From positions 96,001 to 160,000 of the forward strand of contig CALXXY010000001.1 of the NCBI GenBank assembly GCA_944392815.1: a DNA stretch of 64,000 nt, in the 5' to 3' direction. The notes under the pieces were generated by a model. The model saw only the letters and a program-made list of their open reading frames with translations, was not told the DNA's origin and ran no database searches. The DNA comes from an uncultured Alphaproteobacteria bacterium (GTDB lineage: Bacteria > Pseudomonadota > Alphaproteobacteria > Rs-D84). Made by a program: the position numbers and the translations under genes. The stretch's first letter is position 1; each line of letters begins with the position of its first letter. Positions 39,295 through 49,198 of this stretch are shown here, piece after piece.

Positions 39295-40161
39295 TTATTT
39301 AATTGCGTGATTTATTTCCAAATCGGCAGCGAATTGTGTACGAAACCATGTTCGTTGCCGTTTTGCATATTGATTGGTTTTATTTATCCAATCGGCCACA
39401 CATTCATCGCGCGATATTTCCCCACGCAGATATGCGCACAATTGTGCCGCACCAATCGCACGTGACGCGTCCCAGTTGGCGGCGATTATTGCGCGCGCTT
39501 CGTCCAATGCGCCGCCCGCCACCATTTTTGGAATACGTGCCACAATGCGCGGGCGCAGTTCAGACATATCTGGGTTAATTAAAACCTTGTACGGGGTTGG
39601 TGTTATCGCACCACTGCGGGGCAATTTTTGCCATTCGGTTAAATGACGCCCCGTTTCCAGGAACACTTCCACCGCGCGGGCAACACGCTGGGGGTCGGTG
39701 GCGGTAAATTCAGGCGGCAACATTTTTCGCGCGGCGTCCAAATCGGTCGCCACCATTTCGCGGGCACGCGCACGATTTTCATGCGATATTTCCGGCATTG
39801 GCGAAATGCCGTTTATTATCGCATTCATGTAATATCCAGTGCCACCGACAAAAATCGGCGTGCGCCCCGCCCCGCGTGCAGCATCATATTCGCGCCGTGC
39901 CATTTGCAGATAATCCGCCACGCTGATTTGCGCCGACAACGGCAATATGGAAAACAACCGATATGGCACACCATCGATTTCATCAGAAACACTGCGGCCG
40001 GCGAACGGACTGGCCGATATGTTTTCTATGCCGCTGTAAATTTGCACACTGTCACAATTAATAATCACGCCGTTGTGTTCGCGTGCCAAACGGTGTGCGT
40101 ATTCACTTTTGCCCGATGCAGTTGGCCCCGTGACAATAAAAGATGTATGTTTTTCAACCAT
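39295..40161 (-). CDS. miaA: tRNA dimethylallyltransferase
   Basis: GPTASGKS, DSVQIY, VGGTGYY and QYAKRQRTWFR motifs. Confidence 0.95.
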   Translation of the reverse strand: MVEKHTSFIVTGPTASGKSEYAHRLAREHNGVIINCDSVQIYSGIENISASPFAGRSVSDEIDGVPYRLFSILPLSAQISVADYLQMARREYDAARGAGRTPIFVGGTGYYMNAIINGISPMPEISHENRARAREMVATDLDAARKMLPPEFTATDPQRVARAVEVFLETGRHLTEWQKLPRSGAITPTPYKVLINPDMSELRPRIVARIPKMVAGGALDEARAIIAANWDASRAIGAAQLCAYLRGEISRDECVADWINKTNQYAKRQRTWFRTQFAADLEINHAIK

Positions 40162-40295
40162 TTGCGGCAATTATAAACGCGCACGCCCCGGAATTCAAGC
40201 ACAACCCACACGTGAAAATTTCAGATTGCACATTTTTCATATCGCGCTATAATACCCGTCGTCCAATAATAGTAAAAAAACGAAAGGAATAAATT

Positions 40296-41297
40296 ATGTC
40301 AAAAGTAAGAGTTGCTATTAACGGTTTCGGCCGCATTGGTCGTTTGGTGTTGCGCGCGGCGTTGGTATCTGGGCGTGACGACATTGAATTTGTGGCGGTG
40401 AACGATTTGGCACCGGCCGAACAAAATGCGTATTTGTTGCAGTATGATTCTGTGCACGGCAAATTGCCGATGGACGTCAAACTGGACGGCGAATATATCA
40501 TCGTCGGCAACCAGAAAATCAAATGTATTGCTGAAAAAGATCCAACTAAATTGCCATGGCGCGATTTGGATATCGACATCGTTATGGAATGCACGGGCAT
40601 TTTCACCGCTGCGGACAAAGCGCGCGTGCATTTGGACCAGGGCGCAAAGCGCGTTTTGGTTTCTGCGCCGTCTGCGGGTGCGGATAAAACAATCGTGTTT
40701 GGCGTGAACCAGGATACCCTGACATCAGACGATTTAATCGTGTCCAACGCGTCATGCACAACAAATTGCCTGGCCCCAGTGGCCCAGGTTTTGGATAACA
40801 CATTCGGTATTGTGTCTGGGTGGATGACCACTGTACACGCGTACACCGGCGACCAACAATTGTTGGATAAAAATCACAAAGATTTCCGCCGTGCACGCGC
40901 AGCTGGGCTGTCCATGATTCCGACCAGCACCGGCGCAGCCAAAGCAATCGGATTGGTGTTGCCGAAATTGGCGGGTAAATTGGACGGCATGGCCATTCGC
41001 GTGCCGACACCGGACGTATCCGTTGTTGAATTGGTTGTGAATTTGGAACGCGACGCCACGGTTGACGCCGTGAACAACGCCATGCGCGCGGCTGAATCCA
41101 AAACATTCGGATATAACGAATTGCCGATGGTTTCCGTCGATTTCAAAGGCGACATGCACAGTTCCATTTTTGACGCCACCCAGACCAAAGTCCTGGGCGA
41201 CCGTTTGGTGCATGTGACCGCATGGTACGACAACGAATGGGGATTTTCGAACCGCATGGGCGACACAGCCGTAGCGATGGGAAAATTAATCAAATAA
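40296..41297 (+). CDS. gap: Glyceraldehyde-3-phosphate dehydrogenase (type I)
   Basis: INGFGRIGR, SNASCTTNCLAP and WYDNEWGFS motifs. Confidence 0.97.
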   Translation: MSKVRVAINGFGRIGRLVLRAALVSGRDDIEFVAVNDLAPAEQNAYLLQYDSVHGKLPMDVKLDGEYIIVGNQKIKCIAEKDPTKLPWRDLDIDIVMECTGIFTAADKARVHLDQGAKRVLVSAPSAGADKTIVFGVNQDTLTSDDLIVSNASCTTNCLAPVAQVLDNTFGIVSGWMTTVHAYTGDQQLLDKNHKDFRRARAAGLSMIPTSTGAAKAIGLVLPKLAGKLDGMAIRVPTPDVSVVELVVNLERDATVDAVNNAMRAAESKTFGYNELPMVSVDFKGDMHSSIFDATQTKVLGDRLVHVTAWYDNEWGFSNRMGDTAVAMGKLIK

Positions 41298-41323
41298 AAA
41301 CCGGGGCATTCGCCCCGGTTTTT
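41296..41323 (+). terminator. Terminator after gap
   Basis: AAAAACCGGGGC attc GCCCCGGTTTTT. Confidence 0.75.
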
Positions 41324-41548
41324 ATTAGAGTGAAGAGTGGAGAGTATAGAGTGCAGATGTTGTCTGCGGGCATTCGCCCGCAGTGCTTTTTTATTTCTCG
41401 CGATGACAAAGGGGGAGTAAGGGGATTGTCTCGCACTCTCTGACCACCCCGCCCTGCGGGCACCCCTCCAATGGAGGGGAACTGGCTGCGTACCGTCGCG
41501 GAGTAAAGTTCCCCTCTGCGGAGGGGTGGCACGAAGTGCCGGGGTGGT

Positions 41549-41875
41549 TTATTCCATTGCGCAGGGTTGTTCGAATTCATATATGCCGGTGGTGTCTGTA
41601 TACGATACACCCGCTGGGGCGTACATTATGCACGAACCGTCTGGGCTGGTCACAAGGCAACTGGTTGCTGTGCCGGCGGACGTATAGCCCGTTGGGCATG
41701 AAGTGTTCGCAATATCCATGTGTTCCTCGACCACCGCGATATAACCCGACGGGCATGAAGTTGATGGGGTGCTTATTGCCTGCGCTGGCGGAACAACGAC
41801 TACTCCACCTCCTACATCCAGGGCCATCGCAGATACCGGACAACATAATGCACATAAAATCAGTATTCTTTTCAT
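41549..41875 (-). CDS. Small secreted Cys-rich protein
   Basis: Signal peptide and repeated SCP(S/T)GY motifs. Confidence 0.7.
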   Translation of the reverse strand: MKRILILCALCCPVSAMALDVGGGVVVVPPAQAISTPSTSCPSGYIAVVEEHMDIANTSCPTGYTSAGTATSCLVTSPDGSCIMYAPAGVSYTDTTGIYEFEQPCAME

Positions 41876-41887
41876 TGCGCGCCCCCG

Positions 41888-42331
41888 TTAGTCAGACAGA
41901 TAACGAAACAGCGCAGACCGAAAGGCCGCAAGGTCCCGGACGTTGGTCGCACAGTTGGCCGCGCAAAGCTGGGCGCAAACACCGGCCGACGAGTACGAGG
42001 AGTACACCCAGCGCGAAACGGCTGGACTTATCATACGACACCAGCAATATTTATTATCGTCACTTGTTGATGATATATCCAGTTTTGTCGCTGTGGCGTA
42101 TTGATATGCGCCTTTTGTACTACTGCATATTCCTATACCGCTTATCGGTGTGCTTACCCCGTTTGTTGTACACGTATCTGCCCAATCGGTATGATATTGG
42201 TATTGTGTAGGACTTGAGGTGCACGTCGTACTGCTGTTCAAGGCCACGCACTTCGTCACGGCGTGGGCGCCGGTGGTGGTTATGGCGCATAGCATTGCGC
42301 CGGCGATTAAAAACAGTTTCGAAATTTTCAT
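41888..42331 (-). CDS. Small secreted Cys-rich protein
   Basis: Signal peptide ending AHA; YCWCRM and CAQLCAANC motifs; GGAG SD. Confidence 0.7.
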   Translation of the reverse strand: MKISKLFLIAGAMLCAITTTGAHAVTKCVALNSSTTCTSSPTQYQYHTDWADTCTTNGVSTPISGIGICSSTKGAYQYATATKLDISSTSDDNKYCWCRMISPAVSRWVYSSYSSAGVCAQLCAANCATNVRDLAAFRSALFRYLSD

Positions 42332-43162
42332 TACTCTGACTCCCCCTGTATGTCCCCATCGATTCGTGTTTGGGGGCCAATCCCCGCAGAATCCAAAGGG
42401 TCGTTTATTTTCGGCATTTCTATGTGGACATTATAGTGGAATTTCTGGGCTTGCGTCAACTAAACAAATGCCGAATCTAAACCACCCTTTATTTTCGGCA
42501 TCTTTTTTTGCATTTTTCGGCAGATTTCCGCGCCACAGCGCGCGATTTTATTACCGTTGCGGAATAAAGTTCCCCTCTGCGGGGGGGTGGCGCGCTTTGC
42601 GCGACGGGGTGGTCATTGTGTCCCCCCCCCCCCCGTCATCGTAAACGATGACACCCCCGCCCAGAACCACCCACGCAAACTATGTTTGCGCGGGGCCCGA
42701 TGGGTGCGGTGGGCATTCGAGTATGTCATTGCTCGCGCACTCTCTCCCCCTGTCATTCCCGCGCAGGCGGGAATAGGGCTTGGATTGTTATTAGTTATTT
42801 AATTAGGGAAATAATTCTGCGTTGTGTTTTTATTATTACGAAATCTGCGATATGAATTTAATAGACCATATTCCCGCCTTGTCCACCCCACAAACACATT
42901 CGTGTTTGCGGGGGCCCCGGGCGCGGGAATGACAAGTTATGGGGAGTAAGTGCATTTTCTCGCACTCTCTAACCACCCCGGCCTGGCCACCCGCGCGACG
43001 TGTCGCGTGGGTGGCCAGGCCAGGGTGGTCATTGTACTGGCGGTGGGCATTCTGGGGCGGCGGTGTTTGCCGATGAAAAGGTGGGACAGACGTGAAGTTT
43101 ATTTTTTATAAAAAACTGCTTGCATTTATTCCGGGAACAGTATAATATATGTCCTGCTCTTT

Positions 43163-43240
43163 GGGGTTGTAGCTCAGCTGGTTTAGAGCGTCTGCCTGTC
43201 ACGCAGAAGGTCGCGGGTTCGAGCCCCGTCAATCCCGCCA
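43163..43240 (+). tRNA. tRNA-Asp(GTC)
   Basis: Cloverleaf with acceptor GGGGTTG/CAATCCC, anticodon arm TCTGC-ctGTCac-GCAGA and CCA; upstream TTGCAT...TATAAT promoter. Confidence 0.96.
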
Positions 43241-43361
43241 CAAATTTGCCGCCGCATGGCGGCGTTTTTATTTCCCGCCACGCCGCGCATGCGGAATAAT
43301 ATTCTGTTGATATATTTTGGTGGATTGATATACTGTTATCAACCATAACAAAGGGGAAAAT

Positions 43362-43850
43362 ATGAACATCAAATCTTTTGCCTGGATTGCGGGCGCTTTG
43401 GCTTTGGCCGCGTGCGGTGACAATACGCCGAATCCTGAAATGTTAAAGGGTATGAATTTTATTTCTGCGGGCGCGGGTGCCGATATCACATTGTCGTTCG
43501 ACGCGAATGAAATGCGCGTCAATGGCCAGGTCGTGAACCTGTACAACGGTTCGTACGAGGCCAACGGCAACCAAATCAAATTCAGCCCGTTCGCGTCAAC
43601 TATGATGATGGGCCCAATGGACGCTATGCAGACGGAACAGGATTATTTCCAATTCATGACAACGGTTGAAACGTATGAATTGGCCGATGGACGTTTGACT
43701 TTGAAAAACGCAGACGGCAAAGAAATCGTGTTCCAACAGATTGAACCAACCCAGGTAGAAACTGTCGAAACAGTCGAAGTTGCCACAGATGCCCCGGCCG
43801 ACGCAGTCGCGATTCCGGTTGCGGCGCCTGATTCTGCGGTTGCTGAATAA
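43362..43850 (+). CDS. META-domain (HslJ-like) lipoprotein
   Basis: Lipobox LAAC; VVNLYNGSY...FASTMMMG...EQDYF. Confidence 0.8.
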   Translation: MNIKSFAWIAGALALAACGDNTPNPEMLKGMNFISAGAGADITLSFDANEMRVNGQVVNLYNGSYEANGNQIKFSPFASTMMMGPMDAMQTEQDYFQFMTTVETYELADGRLTLKNADGKEIVFQQIEPTQVETVETVEVATDAPADAVAIPVAAPDSAVAE

Positions 43851-44069
43851 TACAGACAAACAAAATTTATAACCGGCAATATTGACTTGACAACAGTTCA
43901 AATGCCGGTTATAATTTGCCGGCGTTTTGGATTGAATAAATTCAAAATCAGTGGCAGTTTTGGCCCCATCGTTCCCGCCAGAACCACCCACGAAAATAAA
44001 TTTTCGCGGGACCCGGTGCGGGAATGACAGCGGCCCAGGTAAAATTGAAAGGTTTTACCGCACAGTTTT

Positions 44070-44145
44070 GGCCCCATCGTCTAGAGGCCCAGGACACCGC
44101 CCTTTCAAGGCGAGAACACCAGTTCGAATCTGGTTGGGGCTGCCA
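44070..44145 (+). tRNA. tRNA-Glu(TTC)
   Basis: Acceptor GGCCCCA/TGGGGCT, anticodon loop ctTTCaa and CCA; consensus TTGACA-17-TATAAT promoter at 43888. Confidence 0.93.
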
Positions 44146-44376
44146 AAATAAATAACGACCCGTTTGGGTCGTTTTTTTATTTTGCTGTCTGCCCCCAGAT
44201 TTGAACTGGTACAGTTCGTGCGCGAAGTTGGTGAAAACACGCATTGCGTGTTTGAACCTTACGAGCCGAAAGGGGCCCGCCATGCCGCCAGGCATGGTGG
44301 GAATTACAATCTGGTTGGGGCTGCCAAAATAAATAACGACCCGTTTGGGTCGTTTTTTTATTTTGCTGTCTGCCCC
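44127..44376 (+). repeat. 69-bp direct repeat of the tRNA-Glu 3' end plus terminator (44127-44195 and 44308-44376)
   Basis: AATCTGGTTGGGGCTGCCAAAATAAATAACGACCCGTTTGGGTCGTTTTTTTATTTTGCTGTCTGCCCC occurs twice. Confidence 0.9.
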
Positions 44377-44514
44377 AGGGCGGCAACCCCGTTTGAACAT
44401 TGCCTGGGGACGATTTAAACATAGGAATCTTTACTGCTGTACACGTGTGGGAATACGTGATACTATTCAACCTATCCTAGAACACGTTCTGGGTTATAAA
44501 CAAGGAGAGAGAAA

Positions 44515-44745
44515 ATGACACATAATAATGTATGGTCTGCGGTTGACAGAATCGCGGCAAAAATGGGCCTGTCCTGTTCCGGGTTGGCACGGGCGTGCGG
44601 CATGGACCCGACCGCGTTCAATAAAAGCAAGCGCGTATCCAAATACGGCAAACCACACTGGCCATCGGGCAACACTTTGTCCAAAATTGTGTCTGTCGCG
44701 AAATTAAGCCCAGAAGAATTCGGCAGAATTTTACGTCAAAAATAA
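44515..44745 (+). CDS. Stand-alone repressor-type HTH protein (paralogue 5)
   Basis: VWSAVDRIAAKMGLSCSGLARACGMDPTAFNKSKR...PHWPS; AAGGAG SD. Confidence 0.85.
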   Translation: MTHNNVWSAVDRIAAKMGLSCSGLARACGMDPTAFNKSKRVSKYGKPHWPSGNTLSKIVSVAKLSPEEFGRILRQK

Positions 44746-44815
44746 CACATGCCCCCGCCCCATCGGCGGGGTATTTTCTGGGCAGACAAAAATTAACGGG
44801 GCGTTCGCCCCGTTA

Positions 44816-46588
44816 TTATATCAGTTTCGCATCGCGCAACAACTGTTCCAGGTATGTACCACGAACGTGTTTCATGCCCTGTTTTTCCAACAGCTTCATA
44901 ACCCACGGAACGTCCAATTGCTGCAGTTTTTTACAATCGTTCAAATAATAAATACTTTGCAACAACATGCGAATATCAAAACAGGAATCGAAAACTTCGG
45001 GAACACCGCGGTCGATATTTAACAGGGTGTATACGGCCTGCATCGCTGTGCGTACCGAATATTCTGTGGTGAACACAGTGTCGCGTTCTGTTTCTGCATA
45101 GTTGCCAATAAACGCCAGGTTCACAGAACCACGCGGCACAACCAGTGGTCTGTCGCCCAATGCACGCGGCATAAAATACGTTGTTATATACGGCATGTGC
45201 GACGGGACTGTGCTGGATTTATTGTGCGCGATATCGTCAATTTGCGCCAGTGGCACGCCAATATGATACAGCCATTCCGCGCATAATTCTGCGCCTGTGC
45301 AGTCCGCGATTTTTTTCTTTACATAATTTCCGTCTGTGTCGGACAACAACCCATATGTCCAAACGACAATTTCGTTTGGTTTTTGTGCACGAAAATGCGG
45401 CTGGCGCGAAATGCTGAATCCGTACAGCCAATTGGAATCTTTGATTGTCACAGGACCGCTGCTGACGATTGATCCGCTGTGCGGATTTTTTTTGCAGATT
45501 TTTTCTATGTACGGCACGACTGTGTCATCAAACAATGTGATTGTCGCAGATATAACCCAATTCGCAGCCGGAATATTTTCACAGAATTTTTCGGGTCGTC
45601 CAAATTCATCGCACTGGGCCGCCAGATTTTTCCACAACTGCCACGACGCGCCCAATTCGTGCGTTTGTTCTGCGGGGGTGTCGTTATCGCCGTATGTGGT
45701 GCTTTCGGTTATGGAACCATTGGTGACGAAAACCAAATCATCTGGTGACAATTTGATTTCGCGACGACGGCCCGATTTTATCAATTCTATTTTTTGGGCG
45801 ATTTTTTTGTTTTGTTTGCAATTGACGTCTATGTTGGTAATCGTTGTATCAAAATGAAATTTTACACCGTGCGATTCCAACCAGCGCACCAGCGGCGTTA
45901 TCAGTGATTCATATTGATTATATTTCGTGAATTTTAATGCAGACATGTCCGCCAATTTGCCAACATGATGAATGAAACGCAATAAATAGCGGCGCATTTC
46001 CATCGCACTGGACCATTTTTCAAACGCAAACATGGTCGCCCAATATAACCAGAAATTGGATTCAAAAAATTCATCACCAAATACTTGATCGATTTGAACG
46101 TCCTGTAATTTTTCTTCGGGCGTCAGGGCTAAATCTATCATTTCACGAATAGCGGTCGGCGTCAGTGTTAATTTGCCGTCGTCGCGCATGCGGTGGCCAC
46201 GGCGTTCAATCGCACGGCAATGTGAAAAACTGGGGTCGGATTTATTCAGCCAATAAAATTCGTCCAACACGGAAATGTCTGGATTTTCCAACGACGGAAT
46301 CGAACGGAACAAATCCCACAGAGTTTCAAAGTGGGCCTCCATTTCGCGGCCACCACGAATAATAAATCCGCGCTGGGGATTTTTTATGCCGTCCATACTG
46401 CCGCCGGCGATGGGTAATTCTTCGAAAATGTGAATTTTGTTGCCGCGCATTTTACCGTCGCGAATCATGAACACGGCGGCCGCCAATCCAGCCAGTCCAC
46501 CACCAACTATGTACGCAGATTTTTTCGACGCGTCTGATGGTGGTAATGGGTTGGCAAATGCTTCGTAATTGCCATTGCTGTAATACAT
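44816..46588 (-). CDS. ohyA: Oleate hydratase (myosin-cross-reactive antigen family)
   Basis: MYYSNGNYEAFA, GGGLAGLAAA, RGGREM and DTVFTTEYSVRTAM motifs. Confidence 0.93.
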   Translation of the reverse strand: MYYSNGNYEAFANPLPPSDASKKSAYIVGGGLAGLAAAVFMIRDGKMRGNKIHIFEELPIAGGSMDGIKNPQRGFIIRGGREMEAHFETLWDLFRSIPSLENPDISVLDEFYWLNKSDPSFSHCRAIERRGHRMRDDGKLTLTPTAIREMIDLALTPEEKLQDVQIDQVFGDEFFESNFWLYWATMFAFEKWSSAMEMRRYLLRFIHHVGKLADMSALKFTKYNQYESLITPLVRWLESHGVKFHFDTTITNIDVNCKQNKKIAQKIELIKSGRRREIKLSPDDLVFVTNGSITESTTYGDNDTPAEQTHELGASWQLWKNLAAQCDEFGRPEKFCENIPAANWVISATITLFDDTVVPYIEKICKKNPHSGSIVSSGPVTIKDSNWLYGFSISRQPHFRAQKPNEIVVWTYGLLSDTDGNYVKKKIADCTGAELCAEWLYHIGVPLAQIDDIAHNKSSTVPSHMPYITTYFMPRALGDRPLVVPRGSVNLAFIGNYAETERDTVFTTEYSVRTAMQAVYTLLNIDRGVPEVFDSCFDIRMLLQSIYYLNDCKKLQQLDVPWVMKLLEKQGMKHVRGTYLEQLLRDAKLI

Positions 46589-46731
46589 TATGTTTCTCCT
46601 TTGGTTATATGCACGCCATAATTTTAAACAGTGCCCGCGGGCAAATAAACAGGACTGATTTCACATGCCATTTTTCACTTGAGTCATATGAATAAAATTT
46701 CTATGATAAAAATAACGAAAGGGGTGACAAC

Positions 46732-47916
46732 ATGGGGAAAATTCCGTATTTCTGGGTATTTATGGGTTTGGTGTTGGCGGCATGTACTGATGGTGGGTCG
46801 CCTTCGGCGGGGCATATCAACATGCGGCCCGAGGGTATGACCCCAGGTCGCGGCCCTGAGACCGACACGGTCAAGGGCAGTAATAATGCCGTCACCGGTA
46901 TGATTGTCACAAACAAGGCGCAGGTTATTAATTATATCGCGAGTGAGTTCAAGGGCGCCCCGACATGGGAAAATAAAACGTCCGACAATACGCTTATTGC
47001 CAATGCGGCCATTGAAATCGCCAGTGGCGAATACAGCACATATGACGCGGAAAACAGTGGCGTATGGGGGCCGGCGCTGTGGGTGGTGTCGCATGATTTA
47101 TATTCCACGTGCGGGTCGGCGGAAAATGTTGCTAAATGCGTATCCGATTGGCGTACGGAAAATCCTGATGTGGTCAGCCAGGAACTGAATACACTGTTGC
47201 GTAATGCACAGGCACTGGATATCACAGACGCGATTTTTGCAGACGCGGAAAATACACAATTGCACTTTACCGTTGGCGAAAACGGCAAAATCGACAGCAT
47301 CGTACTGGGCCGCACAACGTATGGGCGCGACAGTGACAGTGGAAACGTGTTCACGGCCGAAAACGGCAGCAGTGTGACATATGACAGTGGTGCAACTTTG
47401 GCGCAAAAATTCCAATTGTCGTATTCTGATTTTGGAACATATCAAATCACGACCAATGATGTTGCGGGACCAAAAATCGCCTTTGCTGGTGGGTACGGTG
47501 ATAAACGTATTGAGATAGCAAACGTTGCCGCGTTGGACGGCAAAACGACAACGTTTACCGGCAAAGCCATTGGGACCGTCGCAAATGGCAATAAAACAAT
47601 AGATTTGGACGGCAGTGCGACATTGAAATTTGATGACACGGGGGCTGCGCCTGTGACTACGTTGGGCGCCACCGGATTTTCCAATTGGTACAGTTTTACC
47701 GTCACCCAGGAATCTGACCAAAATCCAACAATTCAATTTGATACAAGTTTAACCAATAAAGTCCCCGAAGGTTTCCAGGTCGAGGGCAATGGCGATGTAT
47801 CCATGAATGTCGGATATTATGGTCCAAATGCCGATACACCGATAGAGGCCACCGGACTGGTACAATATACCGAGGGCGATATAAAGATGGACATGGCGTT
47901 CGGTGTTAAACAATAA
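46732..47916 (+). CDS. Surface lipoprotein with a TbpB-like C-terminal barrel (likely Slam substrate)
   Basis: Lipobox LAAC; LSYSDFG, FAGGY, FTGKAIG and terminal MAFGVKQ. Confidence 0.72.
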   Translation: MGKIPYFWVFMGLVLAACTDGGSPSAGHINMRPEGMTPGRGPETDTVKGSNNAVTGMIVTNKAQVINYIASEFKGAPTWENKTSDNTLIANAAIEIASGEYSTYDAENSGVWGPALWVVSHDLYSTCGSAENVAKCVSDWRTENPDVVSQELNTLLRNAQALDITDAIFADAENTQLHFTVGENGKIDSIVLGRTTYGRDSDSGNVFTAENGSSVTYDSGATLAQKFQLSYSDFGTYQITTNDVAGPKIAFAGGYGDKRIEIANVAALDGKTTTFTGKAIGTVANGNKTIDLDGSATLKFDDTGAAPVTTLGATGFSNWYSFTVTQESDQNPTIQFDTSLTNKVPEGFQVEGNGDVSMNVGYYGPNADTPIEATGLVQYTEGDIKMDMAFGVKQ

Positions 47917-47937
47917 ATAATCGCAGGGGGAACGGGC

Positions 47938-49194
47938 ATGAAGCGAACTTTGGTTGCCACAATCAGTGTGCTGATGTTATTAACCGCATGTGCAACGGAC
48001 AACAGTTCGCCAACGTACCCGATGGGCAGTGACGGATATGTGCCCAGGCCGGTAAATCCAGCCACGGGTTTTGAAAACACCGATGATTACGTTGCGATAC
48101 GTGACAATCAAAACATCACACCAATGTACATGCGCAGCGAAAATCAGGTTGCTGATTATATCGATTATCGATTAAATGAATGGGATTCTTTTAATCCAGA
48201 TTTTGGTGATGATGTTAATCGCGGGGATATCGCGGCGGCGGCGCTGTTTTTGACCAACCCAGATTTAACAGCCAAGGATATAAATAACTATTTCAATGGC
48301 AAAGAACAACTGTTTCACATGGCGATGTATGTCATAGACAATCGTTTGGACAGATGTTTTGATGGGGGCACCACCCCGGCGGCGTGCTTTATTGATTGGC
48401 GCGATGATAAAACTGATGATTTTAATGCCATTGCCACAGAAATAAAAAACAATGCCGTGGTATTATATCCAACGGAATCTGGGGAAAATCAGGCCATATT
48501 TAAAACTGATTCAGATAAACTGTTAACGTTTATTTTTGACAATGATTCTGGTCGCATTTCTGGAATAAAATTTGGTGCGGGTGATAATGCAACACAATAT
48601 TCCACTGGTGACGGTCATGTGTTCGAACAAATAACCGACGATGCAATAAAAACATTACAGTATGATTCTGTGTCACGCGCAGATGGTGTTGGACTGACGT
48701 ATTCTGATTTTGGGCATTATTATACACAAACACTGAATCAAAACAGCGAAATATCGGATATGGGCAGTGGCGTTTTTGCAGGCGGATATGCGTCAAAGCA
48801 AATTACACCAGATGTCGCCAAATTTAACAAAACCGCATTTTCTGGCAAAGCGGTTGCCAAGGTGACGCCCACTGATAACCAATCACACAATTTTTATGGA
48901 AATGCAACTTTATACGTTGACACGAATGGCGACACAAATTTAACCGCGGACTTTGCAGATTGGTATACTGTTGTTGCGGAATCAACATTGGGTTCGTCTG
49001 GGGCACAATTCACATTCACTGGCAACGACCAGAATATTGATGAAAAATATCGTTTTAACAACGATACATTATCGGGCACCATGAATATCGAATATTATGG
49101 ACCAGATGGCACCACCGTGACCGAGGCCGTAGGCCTGATTAACGTGGCGGAACAAAACGGTTTGCGCGCCGATATGGCATTTGGTGTAAAGTAA
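47938..49194 (+). CDS. Paralogous surface lipoprotein with a TbpB-like barrel
   Basis: Lipobox LTAC; LTYSDFG, FAGGY, FSGKAVA and terminal MAFGVK. Confidence 0.72.
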   Translation: MKRTLVATISVLMLLTACATDNSSPTYPMGSDGYVPRPVNPATGFENTDDYVAIRDNQNITPMYMRSENQVADYIDYRLNEWDSFNPDFGDDVNRGDIAAAALFLTNPDLTAKDINNYFNGKEQLFHMAMYVIDNRLDRCFDGGTTPAACFIDWRDDKTDDFNAIATEIKNNAVVLYPTESGENQAIFKTDSDKLLTFIFDNDSGRISGIKFGAGDNATQYSTGDGHVFEQITDDAIKTLQYDSVSRADGVGLTYSDFGHYYTQTLNQNSEISDMGSGVFAGGYASKQITPDVAKFNKTAFSGKAVAKVTPTDNQSHNFYGNATLYVDTNGDTNLTADFADWYTVVAESTLGSSGAQFTFTGNDQNIDEKYRFNNDTLSGTMNIEYYGPDGTTVTEAVGLINVAEQNGLRADMAFGVK

Positions 49195-49198
49195 TATT

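Larger units (their letters stand above)
41405..43033. repeat. Cluster of REP-like GC-rich palindromic repeats
   Basis: ACCACCCC...GGAGGGGAACT units at 41443-41483, 41507-41548 and 42568-42613; ATTCCCGCGCAGGCGGGAAT at 42755; nested CCACCC-hairpin-GGGGCCC modules near 42668 and 42883. Confidence 0.75.
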
